From: Candidatus Pacearchaeota archaeon | Lineage (GTDB): Archaea > Nanobdellota > Nanobdellia > Pacearchaeales > GW2011-AR1 | Length of the DNA: 64,000 nt | Assembly: GCA_018303845.1 (NCBI GenBank) | Contig: JAGVXH010000004.1 | Coordinates: 197,165 to 261,164 of the forward strand | Reading direction: 5' to 3' | Shown here: one piece after another, positions 1 through 9,154 of the stretch | How the letters are laid out: each line of letters opens with the position of its first letter | Position numbering within the stretch: position 1 is the stretch's first letter | Made by a program: the position numbers and the translations under genes | The notes under the pieces: generated by a model | What the model was told of the DNA's origin: nothing | What the model saw: only the letters and a program-made list of their open reading frames with translations | The model's database searches: none

Positions 1-166
1 CAACGAAATTTTTTAACTTCCCAACACTGCAATATCCAAATATTCCAGTAAACCACCCATTTGTACATTTTAATTTAGTTTTCCCATGAACTATTTCATT
101 CGGGAAAATATCTATTCGTCCATATAGCAATTGAGAAACCCCCGCTGCATATTCGTCAATATCCAT
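1..166 (-). CDS. hypothetical protein, partial (runs off window edge)
   Basis: Manual translation from ATG at 166: MDIDEYAAGVSQLLYGRIDIFPNEIVHGKTKLKCTNGWF..., open to position 1. Confidence 0.5.
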   Translation of the reverse strand, partial: MDIDEYAAGVSQLLYGRIDIFPNEIVHGKTKLKCTNGWFTGIFGYCSVGKLKNFV

Positions 167-216
167 AAAAAAGAAACCACCCTAGACTTTATAACAATTA
201 TTGTAATCAAAAACAA

Positions 217-831
217 CTAAAACTCGTTCTCGTCTTCTTCCTTCTTTTTCGCTAAATCCTTAATTCTCTTCAGTGCAGCTCGAACATTTTTATTCAACTG
301 AACCATCGAATCATCCAATTGCGCCTTGTTTTTCGTTCCAGTACAAACCAGCTTTCCATTACTAAACAACAAAAAAGTAGCTGTAGGATTATCTAATTTG
401 TAGACAAGTCCAGGAAACTGCTCAGGCTCATATTCAGTATTTTCTAGTTCTAAAGATAAAGTATTCAAATTCAAATCCAAATCAATAGCACCACTTGCAA
501 CAATATTTTGTACCGTAATCTTTGGGGTAATGGTAACATTCACGCCAATTTTCTTCAACTGTTTAATCACCTGTGAAACAACATCTCGAACCTGCGAAAC
601 CGATTTGGTCCCAGTACAAACCAAATTTCCACTACTAAAAACCAAAACCGCACTCTTTGGCTCCTTAACTCTCAAAACCAGCCCAGGAAATGTATCTGGA
701 TTATATTCAGTATTAGGTTGCGTCCGAGCAAGCTTAGTCAGACTAACTTCTTTCTCAAGCGAAGTAGTCGCAACAATGTTTTGTACCTTTAATTTGGTAT
801 CTTCTCTAGAAACAACTTTTGCCACTGCCAT
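217..831 (-). CDS. tbp: TATA-box binding protein
   Basis: Two TBP repeats (VQNIVA...EYNPDTFPGLVLR / EYEPEQFPGLVY...LFSNGKLVCTG) and an acidic tail. Confidence 0.97.
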   Translation of the reverse strand: MAVAKVVSREDTKLKVQNIVATTSLEKEVSLTKLARTQPNTEYNPDTFPGLVLRVKEPKSAVLVFSSGNLVCTGTKSVSQVRDVVSQVIKQLKKIGVNVTITPKITVQNIVASGAIDLDLNLNTLSLELENTEYEPEQFPGLVYKLDNPTATFLLFSNGKLVCTGTKNKAQLDDSMVQLNKNVRAALKRIKDLAKKKEEDENEF

Positions 832-881
832 CAAATACTATAAATCATTTTCCTTTATAAAGGCTTTGATTTATGCGACGA

Positions 882-2576
882 TTAATTCTTTTCAACTTCC
901 GCCTCAATCTCATCAATAGTCGCAATATCCATAATCCCACGGTCAGGTCTAACTCTTAAAATTCTAGGGAATCTCAAAGCAAACCCAGAGGAATTAGTCG
1001 GACTCTTTTGCACATTTTGAAACTGCACCGAAACAACAATTTCAGGCTTAACCTCAACATGTCTTCCTTCCGCCTTCAAGACAACCTTCTCCAGCATATT
1101 CGTCATCTCCTCAAAAGACAAACCTTCATCTTTTAATTCTTTTAACCCAGTAGAAACTTTACCAATCCCGAGTAGCTCGCCATCTTCTCCGCTACAAGCA
1201 ACATCAAAACTAGTCAGCCATCCAGCCCTCTTCCCAGTTCCCCACTCAGCCCCCGTAATCACCAAATCAAAGTCATTATCCTCAGGCTTCAACTTAACAG
1301 CATAACCAATTCGCGCCCCAGGTTTATACGGAGAATCCAATCTTCGCCCCATCAAGCCTTCCTGATTATCGTCCAATGCCTCATCATAAAACCTCTCAAC
1401 CTCACCACTATTTCCAGTCACAATCTGCTTAGCCAAAACAATTTTCTTTTCCTCAGTTCTTACAATCCTTTCCAAAATCTTTCGCCTCTTCTCAAACGGA
1501 GCATCAATCAAGTTATCTCCATCCAAAAATACAACATCAAAAACGACCAACTCAACTGGGAGACTTTTCATCATCTCGCCGATTCCATGCTTCCGTCGGA
1601 TCCTTTGACTAATGGCCTGAAAATCTGTATACTCTCCCGTAGCCGAATCAAACCCAACAGCCTCACAATCTAAAATAAAATTATCACCCAAAACATGCGA
1701 TTCGGCATATTTAGACAATTCAGGAAATTGCTTAGTTACATTCTCTAAAGCCCTAGTAAAAATCTTAACATCCCCACTCTTAGCTTTATTTACCATAACC
1801 CGAAACCCATCATACTTATATTCGAAAGCAGCTGGTCGTCCCACAATCCTAAATGCATCTTCAACATCCTTCGCCTTCGGGAAAAGCATAACCTTCAACG
1901 GCTTCCCAGGCATCAATTTAATCTTTTCCAAACTATCGCTACACGCCCTCTCAAAAACTTCCTTAAAATCCGTAGCCTTATCATAAGCTTCCTGGACAGC
2001 CTTGACACAAGCCTTCTTATCATCCAAATCTTTAGGCTCAAAACAATAAACTGCAATCGCATCTCGCAAAGTCCCAATCCCAACACCAATCTTCAAATCA
2101 TTCAAAACAGTTCTAACGATATATTTCGCCTCAACAGTTGTCGCCGAATGCAACAAATCAACAATATACCCAATTTTCAAATCCACCGTCCCCGCGCCAT
2201 CAATCTCCGGCAATTTCCTTAAATTATCCAAAACTTTTTCAACACTTAATTTTTTCTCAAACAATCCTCGCTGTTTCTTCTTCTTCCCTAAAACTTTTTC
2301 GGCAACATCTCCCAAATCCCCAAGCTTTCGAAAATCATCAACAACCTCGTCCTCCAAAATCCCCGCTGCTCGAGCTATCGCCTTAATAATTAACTGAACC
2401 GAAATCCCAAGTTCCTTAGATTCATAGTCCGCAAATAACTGCCCTCGAAGCAAATAAATAAATTCAGGGTTGTCCCGAATCTTTCCTAAAAACCCAGCAA
2501 GAATATCAGTCTTCTCAAGTCCACTAGGGGTAGCTTCAAGTTCACTATAGACATCACACAATTTCGAATAATCCAT
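882..2576 (-). CDS. lig: ATP-dependent DNA ligase
   Basis: EYKYDGFR adenylation motif, EGLM, VKLKP, ALRFPR motif VI; start taken at MDYSKL. Confidence 0.96.
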   Translation of the reverse strand: MDYSKLCDVYSELEATPSGLEKTDILAGFLGKIRDNPEFIYLLRGQLFADYESKELGISVQLIIKAIARAAGILEDEVVDDFRKLGDLGDVAEKVLGKKKKQRGLFEKKLSVEKVLDNLRKLPEIDGAGTVDLKIGYIVDLLHSATTVEAKYIVRTVLNDLKIGVGIGTLRDAIAVYCFEPKDLDDKKACVKAVQEAYDKATDFKEVFERACSDSLEKIKLMPGKPLKVMLFPKAKDVEDAFRIVGRPAAFEYKYDGFRVMVNKAKSGDVKIFTRALENVTKQFPELSKYAESHVLGDNFILDCEAVGFDSATGEYTDFQAISQRIRRKHGIGEMMKSLPVELVVFDVVFLDGDNLIDAPFEKRRKILERIVRTEEKKIVLAKQIVTGNSGEVERFYDEALDDNQEGLMGRRLDSPYKPGARIGYAVKLKPEDNDFDLVITGAEWGTGKRAGWLTSFDVACSGEDGELLGIGKVSTGLKELKDEGLSFEEMTNMLEKVVLKAEGRHVEVKPEIVVSVQFQNVQKSPTNSSGFALRFPRILRVRPDRGIMDIATIDEIEAEVEKN

Positions 2577-2710
2577 ACTATAAACTACCAATCGAGCTTT
2601 TTATATTTTTTATTATAGTGTTTTCTCTACTCCCTGCGAAAATGATTTATATCAAAAGAGAAAACTTATATAACGATTACAACATTTAATTTATTAAGGA
2701 GCCAGATAGT

Positions 2711-3181
2711 ATGAAAATTTTAACGAACGAAAAATTTTATGAAAAGTATGCGTGGGTAGTTTTCCTAATTATTGGAGTTATGGTTTTAGCGGGCGCAATT
2801 CCTCATACATTGGGCATTAATACTGACCCGACATTAGTACAAGCTATTAGCGGCAAAACAATAGACGAACTTAAAATCTCAAATCCAATGTTTTTTAATT
2901 TATACAATTTCTATTTTAGAGGCGGAGGTTTATCTGACTTAGGATTTGCCTTTTTCCTCATAGTCATTTCTCTATTCGCTTATAGGCAAGGACAAAAATG
3001 GGCTTGGTATGCTTTTTGGTTTATTCCAGTTTACTTTCTAACTTGGGTTGCCCTTAGCTTGAACCTACCACCCGCATCACAATCATCATTACTCCCACCA
3101 TTAATAGTGATTATAATTTTAAGTCTCACGGGATTGCTCTTGCCTTTTAGAAAGTTTTTCCCAAAAAATAAAATAAAATAA
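2711..3181 (+). CDS. hypothetical membrane protein (about 4 TM)
   Basis: Hydrophobic segments, GQKWAWY; TATA-like TTATATAA upstream. Confidence 0.7.
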   Translation: MKILTNEKFYEKYAWVVFLIIGVMVLAGAIPHTLGINTDPTLVQAISGKTIDELKISNPMFFNLYNFYFRGGGLSDLGFAFFLIVISLFAYRQGQKWAWYAFWFIPVYFLTWVALSLNLPPASQSSLLPPLIVIIILSLTGLLLPFRKFFPKNKIK

Positions 3182-3272
3182 TGTCTTGCAACAAAAACTT
3201 CCAGCATTTCACACAAGTATTCACGACATACTAGTCAAAACTATCTACGTTAGCAGATTTTCAACCGCCAAA

Positions 3273-3307
3273 TTTATAAACAAAACATTATAACAATCAT
3301 CAGGTGA
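3273..3307 (+). promoter_or_regulatory. TATA box and Shine-Dalgarno of ppsA
   Basis: TTTATAAA at 3273-3280 and AGGTGA at 3302-3307, before ATG 3312. Confidence 0.55.
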
Positions 3308-3311
3308 TACT

Positions 3312-5705
3312 ATGTTTAACAAAAAAGCTTTCGTGATACCATTCAAAGATTTAGGAATAAAAGATGTCCCAATAGCAGGAGGGAAAAACGCTTCCCTTGG
3401 AGAAATGTACCGAGAGTTAAAAAAGAAAGGAGTTGAAGTTCCCAATGGATTCGCGGTAACGGCATTAGCCTACCGATACTTCATGGAAAAAGCAAACCTC
3501 CAAGATAAAATAAAATCAATCCTCTCAGATTTGAATACACATGATACCAGAAACCTAATGGAGAGAGGGAAGAAAGTCAGGGACATAATTTTAAACGCAG
3601 AAGTTCCAAAAGAAATAGAAGAGGAAATAATTAACAGTTACAAAAAGTTATCTAGGGAATCCGGAGAAAAATATACCGACGTTGCAGTTCGGTCGTCAGC
3701 GACAGCAGAGGATTTGCCAGATGCTTCATTCGCGGGGCAACAAGAAACTTTCCTAAACATCGTAGGGGAAAAGGCAATCCTAGAAGCATGTAAAAAATGT
3801 TTCGCCTCTCTTTTTACAAACAGAGCAATCTCATATCGAGTAGACAAAGGCTTCGACCATTTCAGTATAGCATTATCAATTGGAGTCCAAAAAATGGTAA
3901 GAAGCGATATCTCATCAAGCGGAGTAATGTTCTCAATTGACACAGAATCTGGCTTCAAAGACGCCGTATTTATAACAGGAATCTACGGGCTAGGAGAAAA
4001 TATTGTACAAGGAGCAGTAAACCCTGATGAGTTTTACGTACACAAGCCAACGCTAAAACAAGGTTACAGTCCAATTATTTCAAAGAAAGTAGGCAACAAG
4101 TCACTAAGAATGATTTATAATTCAAAAGGTCCAAACCCAGTAAAAAATATACCAGTCCCAAAAGCCCAGCGAAATCAGTTCTGCATCACCGATATAGAAA
4201 TCTTAAAATTAGCAAAGTGGGCAGTAATAATCGAAGAGCATTACAACAAAGCAATGGATATTGAATGGGCAAAAGACGGCAAGACAGGAAAACTTTTCAT
4301 CGTCCAAGCCAGGCCAGAAACAGTCCAGAGTCAAAAAGACGTAAACAAACTAGAAGAATATGTATTAAATGAAAAAGGAAAAATATTAGTTTCAGGAAGT
4401 AGCGTAGGGTCAAAAATAGGAGCGGGGGCAGCTAAAGTGATAAAAAATGTTTCAGGAATTCATTCTTTCAAAAAAGGAGATGTTCTGGTAACAGAAATGA
4501 CCGATCCAGATTGGGAGCCAATTATGAAAATAGCTTCAGCAATTGTAACCGAAAAAGGTGGACGAACATGTCATGCGGCAATCATTTCTAGAGAACTAGG
4601 AATTCCTTGTATTGTTGGGACAAACGATGCAACAAAAAAATTAAAGACAGGCGACAAGATAACGGCAAGTTGTGCGGAAGGAGAAAATGGATATGTCTAT
4701 GAAGGAATATTAAAGTATTCAATTAAAACACACGACCTAAAATCAATACCAAGAACAAAAACCAAAATCATGATGAACATAGGCAATCCAGAATCTGCCT
4801 TTGAACAAAGTTTCATCCCTAATGATGGAGTTGGCCTAGCAAGAGAAGAATTCATAATAAATTCCCACATTAAGATTCATCCAAAAGCATTAATTGAATT
4901 CGATAAATTAAAAGACAAAAAAGTAATAAAGCAAATTGAAGAAATCACAATTGGATATAAGGACAAAAAACAATTCTTCATAGACAAATTAGCCGAAGGT
5001 ATCGGTATGATAGGGGCAGCGTTTTTTCCTAAAGACGTAATCGTAAGAATGTCTGATTTCAAATCTAACGAATATAGAAATCTAATTGGCGGAAAAGAAT
5101 ACGAGCCTTCAGAAGAAAATCCGATGATAGGATGGCGTGGTGCTTCAAGATATTACAAAGAACAATATCGACCAGCTTTCGAACTAGAATGCGAAGCAAT
5201 CAAAAAAGCAAGAAACGAATTCGGATTAAAAAATATTAAAGTCATGATACCATTTTGTCGAACAATCGAAGAAGGAATAAAAGTTCAAAAGATAATGGAG
5301 AAGAAAGGATTGAAGAGAGGTCGTGATGGATTAGAAATTTATGTAATGTGTGAGATTCCTTCTAATGTAATATTAGCAGACGAATTTTCAAAAATCTTCG
5401 ACGGATTTTCAATCGGTTCAAATGACCTAACCCAATTGACACTAGGTTTAGACAGAGATTCAGAAATTGTTTCAGATGTTTATGACGAGAGAAACGCAGC
5501 TGTAAAAATGTTGATTGCAACAGTTATAGCAAAAGCAAAAAAGAATGAAAAGAAAATAGGAATCTGTGGGCAAGCCCCTTCAGACTTTCCAGACTTTGCG
5601 CAATTCTTAGTCAGATGCGGGATAGATTCAATATCTCTAAACCCAGATACAGTAATTAAAACAACATTAAAGATAGCAGAACAAGAAAAAAAGCTAGAAA
5701 AGTAA
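3312..5705 (+). CDS. ppsA: phosphoenolpyruvate synthase
   Basis: GGKNASLGEM, VAVRSSATAEDLPDASFAGQQET, GGRTCHAAIISRE phospho-His motif, FSIGSNDLTQ. Confidence 0.97.
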   Translation: MFNKKAFVIPFKDLGIKDVPIAGGKNASLGEMYRELKKKGVEVPNGFAVTALAYRYFMEKANLQDKIKSILSDLNTHDTRNLMERGKKVRDIILNAEVPKEIEEEIINSYKKLSRESGEKYTDVAVRSSATAEDLPDASFAGQQETFLNIVGEKAILEACKKCFASLFTNRAISYRVDKGFDHFSIALSIGVQKMVRSDISSSGVMFSIDTESGFKDAVFITGIYGLGENIVQGAVNPDEFYVHKPTLKQGYSPIISKKVGNKSLRMIYNSKGPNPVKNIPVPKAQRNQFCITDIEILKLAKWAVIIEEHYNKAMDIEWAKDGKTGKLFIVQARPETVQSQKDVNKLEEYVLNEKGKILVSGSSVGSKIGAGAAKVIKNVSGIHSFKKGDVLVTEMTDPDWEPIMKIASAIVTEKGGRTCHAAIISRELGIPCIVGTNDATKKLKTGDKITASCAEGENGYVYEGILKYSIKTHDLKSIPRTKTKIMMNIGNPESAFEQSFIPNDGVGLAREEFIINSHIKIHPKALIEFDKLKDKKVIKQIEEITIGYKDKKQFFIDKLAEGIGMIGAAFFPKDVIVRMSDFKSNEYRNLIGGKEYEPSEENPMIGWRGASRYYKEQYRPAFELECEAIKKARNEFGLKNIKVMIPFCRTIEEGIKVQKIMEKKGLKRGRDGLEIYVMCEIPSNVILADEFSKIFDGFSIGSNDLTQLTLGLDRDSEIVSDVYDERNAAVKMLIATVIAKAKKNEKKIGICGQAPSDFPDFAQFLVRCGIDSISLNPDTVIKTTLKIAEQEKKLEK

Positions 5706-5758
5706 TTTCGTTAACGCTGCTCCCAAACCTTTATAATAAATAAACAATTTGACATAAC

Positions 5759-6082
5759 ATGGAAATAGATGTAACAGACGCAAACTTCCAAAGAGAAGTA
5801 ATAGAAAAATCAAAAACAACTCCAGTTTTAGTAGATTTTTGGGCAAGCTGGTGTGGGCCTTGCATGATGTTAAAACCAACTCTGGAAAAAATTGCAAAAG
5901 AATATGAAGGCAAACTAATTTTAGCAAAGGCGTCTACAGACAAAAACCCAACTGCAGCATCCAAATTCGGAGTAATGTCAATCCCTTCAGTGAAGTTATT
6001 CAAAGGTGGGAAAATAGTCGACGAATTCGTAGGCGCGCAACCAGAAGCTACAATTAAGCGATGGCTAAACCAAAAGTTGTAA
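5759..6082 (+). CDS. trxA: thioredoxin
   Basis: VDFWASWCGPC motif. Confidence 0.96.
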   Translation: MEIDVTDANFQREVIEKSKTTPVLVDFWASWCGPCMMLKPTLEKIAKEYEGKLILAKASTDKNPTAASKFGVMSIPSVKLFKGGKIVDEFVGAQPEATIKRWLNQKL

Positions 6083-6111
6083 TTTTATTTAAATAAATTT
6101 ATTGATATCTA

Positions 6112-6447
6112 ATGAAAAATTCATTTGCAAAAGTTGACAGAAGAAGTGTGGACTTCGAAGTAGACGTAAAAGATTCTACTCTAATTATTTTTAGTAACTA
6201 CTTATACTCTCATGAAAAATTTCAGACTTATCCAGCTAATCGAGGAAGCACACCAAATGACGATTATTCAGAGCTAGAACTAGAATTAGATAAAGAGTGG
6301 AGCTACAATTTCAAAGGAATTTTCGCAAAAGCGATGGAATATTCCGGGACACTAATGTTCTTTGAATTAAATAAAAAAATAGTAGATGGGAAACACTTAA
6401 CTATAGAAAATTTAATAATTAAATATAAAATGAGAACAAGACATTAA
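6112..6447 (+). CDS. hypothetical protein
   Basis: 111-aa ORF filling the gap between trxA and the PspC gene; no motif recognised. Confidence 0.55.
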   Translation: MKNSFAKVDRRSVDFEVDVKDSTLIIFSNYLYSHEKFQTYPANRGSTPNDDYSELELELDKEWSYNFKGIFAKAMEYSGTLMFFELNKKIVDGKHLTIENLIIKYKMRTRH

Positions 6448-6450
6448 TAA

Positions 6451-6657
6451 TTAATTTCTTCTAGGCATAATAATCCACATAACAATATATCCAATAATCC
6501 CAGGTCCAAAAACGGTAAGCATAGTCATAACAACCCAAACCAATCTCACAACAGTCGGATCAACTTCAAAATAATCAGCAATGCCAGCACAAACTCCGCC
6601 AAGCATAGAATCTTTCTTGTCAGCCCGATACAATCTTTTAATGTTTTTCTTAGCCAT
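6451..6657 (-). CDS. PspC domain protein
   Basis: KRLYR...MLGGVCAGIADYFEVDPTVVRL...YIVMWIIMP. Confidence 0.93.
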   Translation of the reverse strand: MAKKNIKRLYRADKKDSMLGGVCAGIADYFEVDPTVVRLVWVVMTMLTVFGPGIIGYIVMWIIMPRRN

Positions 6658-6718
6658 AATTATACCAATATCCTTTCCTTTATAAAATTACTCCAAAAAA
6701 TAAAATAGTAAACAAAAA

Positions 6719-7285
6719 TTAATTTCCACGCCTTCTATTAGCCCTTAAACTCGGGAAAGCCTTAGGAACTTTAACCCTAGAATTCATTTGCCCTCTCGCT
6801 TTCTTTCCAGCAGTAGTCAAGCCTCGCAAAGCTCTCTTCTTAGGCGCGGCAACAAATGGACCCAATTGCTTATCAACTAAAATACCAGGTTCATTTCGGT
6901 CAACCAAAATAACTTCGTAAAAATAATTCATACCATCCTTGCCAATCCAGTAACTTCCTAAAACTTCGCAGTTATCATATTTCCTAGCAACTCTAGTTTC
7001 AGCAATTTCTTTATAATTCATATTCAAATTTTTTCTGTTATGCAGTCTCTTAGTTCGCCGTGCCTTATTCGGTCTACTTCTGTGGTGTCCGCCTCTCTTA
7101 ATTTTAACACGAACTACAACAATACCTTTCTTTGCTTTATACCCTAAACTACGAGCCCTATCAAGCCTCAATGGTTTCTCAACCTGAGTAATAGCTCCAT
7201 CTTTCCTCCACAAAATCATACGCTCACGGAGCACTTTCACATCTGGCTTTCTCCAAGCTTCACGCAAAAATTTCATTAAACCCAT
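6719..7285 (-). CDS. rpl15e: 50S ribosomal protein L15e
   Basis: RLDRARSLGYKAKKG, EVLGSYWIGKDG..YEVILVD, RGLT.AGKK.RG. Confidence 0.96.
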   Translation of the reverse strand: MGLMKFLREAWRKPDVKVLRERMILWRKDGAITQVEKPLRLDRARSLGYKAKKGIVVVRVKIKRGGHHRSRPNKARRTKRLHNRKNLNMNYKEIAETRVARKYDNCEVLGSYWIGKDGMNYFYEVILVDRNEPGILVDKQLGPFVAAPKKRALRGLTTAGKKARGQMNSRVKVPKAFPSLRANRRRGN

Positions 7286-7418
7286 AACATCTCAACAAAA
7301 ATTTCCTTTTTAAAGTTTTAGTATGCCAAAATTTTCATCATCACAAAAATCTCAAATCTCAATCTTCCCATATTTTTAGGATATAAATAATTATAAAGAA
7401 ATAAGTCTAAACACAATT

Positions 7419-8063
7419 ATGAGTAAAGAGCAAAATCTTGATGTTGTTAGAATGGGCGGAACATTAATAGGAGCACAAATTTATGAAAATTGTAAATCGA
7501 AAAAGACAGGTATTCCTTTCGTTGGCATATTAGGAGTTGGAAGTCAACATGCAAGAAATGGTAAAAAAAGTATATGGATAAATGGACAAAACTTAAGTCC
7601 AAATATCAGGTTGAATAACAATTGTGCTGGACATGGGCAACTAGAAGGAATCGCAACAGAAGAAGGTGCAATAAGATTTCTTGAAACAATTTATGATTTC
7701 CCAGCAATTGAGGGCTCATGTGTAGAATATAATTTAGATTCAATCAAGAATGAAGGCGGAAGAATATTGCTAAAAGGAAATTCTACAAGGAGAGATTATC
7801 GCTCTAATCCAAAACAAGAAATAGGAGAAATTCATTTGACATTTGATCCAAACTGGGAAAGAGAATTAGAAGAAGTCTGGCAATTCGAAATACCGAGTTT
7901 ATCTTTCGGAAGACAACATAGAATCAACGGACTCTCCCTACCTAAATATTTCAAAATCTTTTTAGGGGGAATAGAAGAACAAGGTTTCGACCATCCATAT
8001 GGAGCAGTTACTGAAAGCTTACAAAAAGAAAGAGCTCAAAGCGAGTCAAAAATTAATTTCTAA
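7419..8063 (+). CDS. hypothetical protein
   Basis: 214-aa ORF; lacks the local C-rich strand bias; followed by a triplet repeat. Confidence 0.7.
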   Translation: MSKEQNLDVVRMGGTLIGAQIYENCKSKKTGIPFVGILGVGSQHARNGKKSIWINGQNLSPNIRLNNNCAGHGQLEGIATEEGAIRFLETIYDFPAIEGSCVEYNLDSIKNEGGRILLKGNSTRRDYRSNPKQEIGEIHLTFDPNWERELEEVWQFEIPSLSFGRQHRINGLSLPKYFKIFLGGIEEQGFDHPYGAVTESLQKERAQSESKINF

Positions 8064-8069
8064 ATGCTT

Positions 8070-8097
8070 ATCCGTGCCAACCCGCGTAATCTGTGAG
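8070..8097 (+). repeat. triplet 9-10 bp micro-array (solo)
   Basis: ATCCGTGCCA ACCCGCGTA ATCTGTGAG. Confidence 0.6.
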
Positions 8098-8133
8098 CTA
8101 TTATCCATCCACCAAATCCTCTCTCCCAAAATC

Positions 8134-8140
8134 TTATAAA
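8134..8140 (+). promoter_or_regulatory. TATA box of tRNA-Ile
   Basis: TTATAAA about 25 bp upstream of the tRNA 5' end, with an A-rich BRE-like stretch before it. Confidence 0.55.
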
Positions 8141-8164
8141 CCAAAATCACACCCAATATTCTAT

Positions 8165-8238
8165 GAGGCTGTAGCGCAGCCAGGTAGCGCACTGCTCTGA
8201 TAAGGCAGGGGTCCCAGGTTCAAATCCTGGCAGCCTCA
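8165..8238 (+). tRNA. tRNA-Ile(GAT)
   Basis: Acceptor stem GAGGCTG/CAGCCTC, anticodon arm CTGCT-CTGATAA-GGCAG, T-arm CCAGG-TTCAAAT-CCTGG; no encoded CCA. Confidence 0.95.
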
Positions 8239-8247
8239 TAAATGAAA

Positions 8248-8357
8248 ATTTGAAACTGGGACATTGGTCCCTGGTTTAAAATTTCTTTAGAAATTTTAGA
8301 AACGAAGTTTCGTGTCCGAGCTTCTCCGAAGCGAAGGCAAATCCTGGCAGCCTCATA
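8248..8357 (+). repeat. tRNA-Ile 3'-derived hairpin-rich mini-element
   Basis: Inverted T-arm copy at 8248-8262; 20-bp direct copy CAAATCCTGGCAGCCTCATA at 8338-8357 identical to 8221-8240. Confidence 0.85.
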
Positions 8358-8491
8358 TTAATTTCAAAAAATAACCTAAATTAAAATATAAAATTTAACC
8401 AAGCCCCCACTTTAGTGAGCTTCTCCACGAAGTGAACTCCACCAATAAAGTTGAGCTATTCCATTCCAATGAGCTTTCCGCACGAAAGCGA

Positions 8492-9097
8492 CTATCCCCT
8501 CATCTCAACTGAAACCTTTTCCCTGTCAATCCTCATCCCTAAAATCTCAACTTTCATAGGAATTGTCTTAATATAACATTTGTCCCGAGCATATGCCCTA
8601 ATCTCAACCCCAGTTTCAAGTTCTGTTACAACAACATCTTCACTTTTTTGAATGCCAGGTGCCTCAATCTCATAAATAATCACATCCCCAAGTCTTTTAA
8701 CCCTAGACTCAGCATTAACTTTTTCCAAACTACTCCTTCTCTCTGCTTCTTCTCTAGAAACAACAATACTAGCCCTTCTTTTCTCAGAACCATTAGGAAC
8801 AACCTGTGGCCTCATAGGACCTCGCGCAATCTGAATCTTAAAATTCTTCGGCATCCCAGTCTTGCCATCAACCTCCATGTTTTCAAGTTGCTTCTCTAAT
8901 TGCTTAACTAAACTTCCCATAATCTTCTCAACACCAAATGGCAACCTCAACTCTTCTTCAACTCGACCAGAATCATCCATTCCCAACATCCCAAAATCCT
9001 CTTCGCTGCCAGCCTTCATGGACGCCCCACAGTGAGGACAATAGTTAAATTTCTTGTCAACTTTCTCCGCACAGCCTCGACACTTCTTAGCAAACAT
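8492..9097 (-). CDS. zinc-ribbon protein with Hsp20-like C-terminal domain
   Basis: N-terminal CRGC...FNYCPHCG; C-terminal YEIEAPGI...VEIRAYARDKCYIKTIP resembles an alpha-crystallin fold. Confidence 0.65.
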   Translation of the reverse strand: MFAKKCRGCAEKVDKKFNYCPHCGASMKAGSEEDFGMLGMDDSGRVEEELRLPFGVEKIMGSLVKQLEKQLENMEVDGKTGMPKNFKIQIARGPMRPQVVPNGSEKRRASIVVSREEAERRSSLEKVNAESRVKRLGDVIIYEIEAPGIQKSEDVVVTELETGVEIRAYARDKCYIKTIPMKVEILGMRIDREKVSVEMRG

Positions 9098-9154
9098 TCA
9101 ATAGAAAAAAATTCTAACTACTTAAATCTTTGTAAACACAGTTAAAATTCCAAC

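Noticed and set aside
8338..8357. attR of a prophage or island at tRNA-Ile
   Set aside because: Only 97 bp lie between the copies and no integrase is in the window; reported as a mini-element instead.
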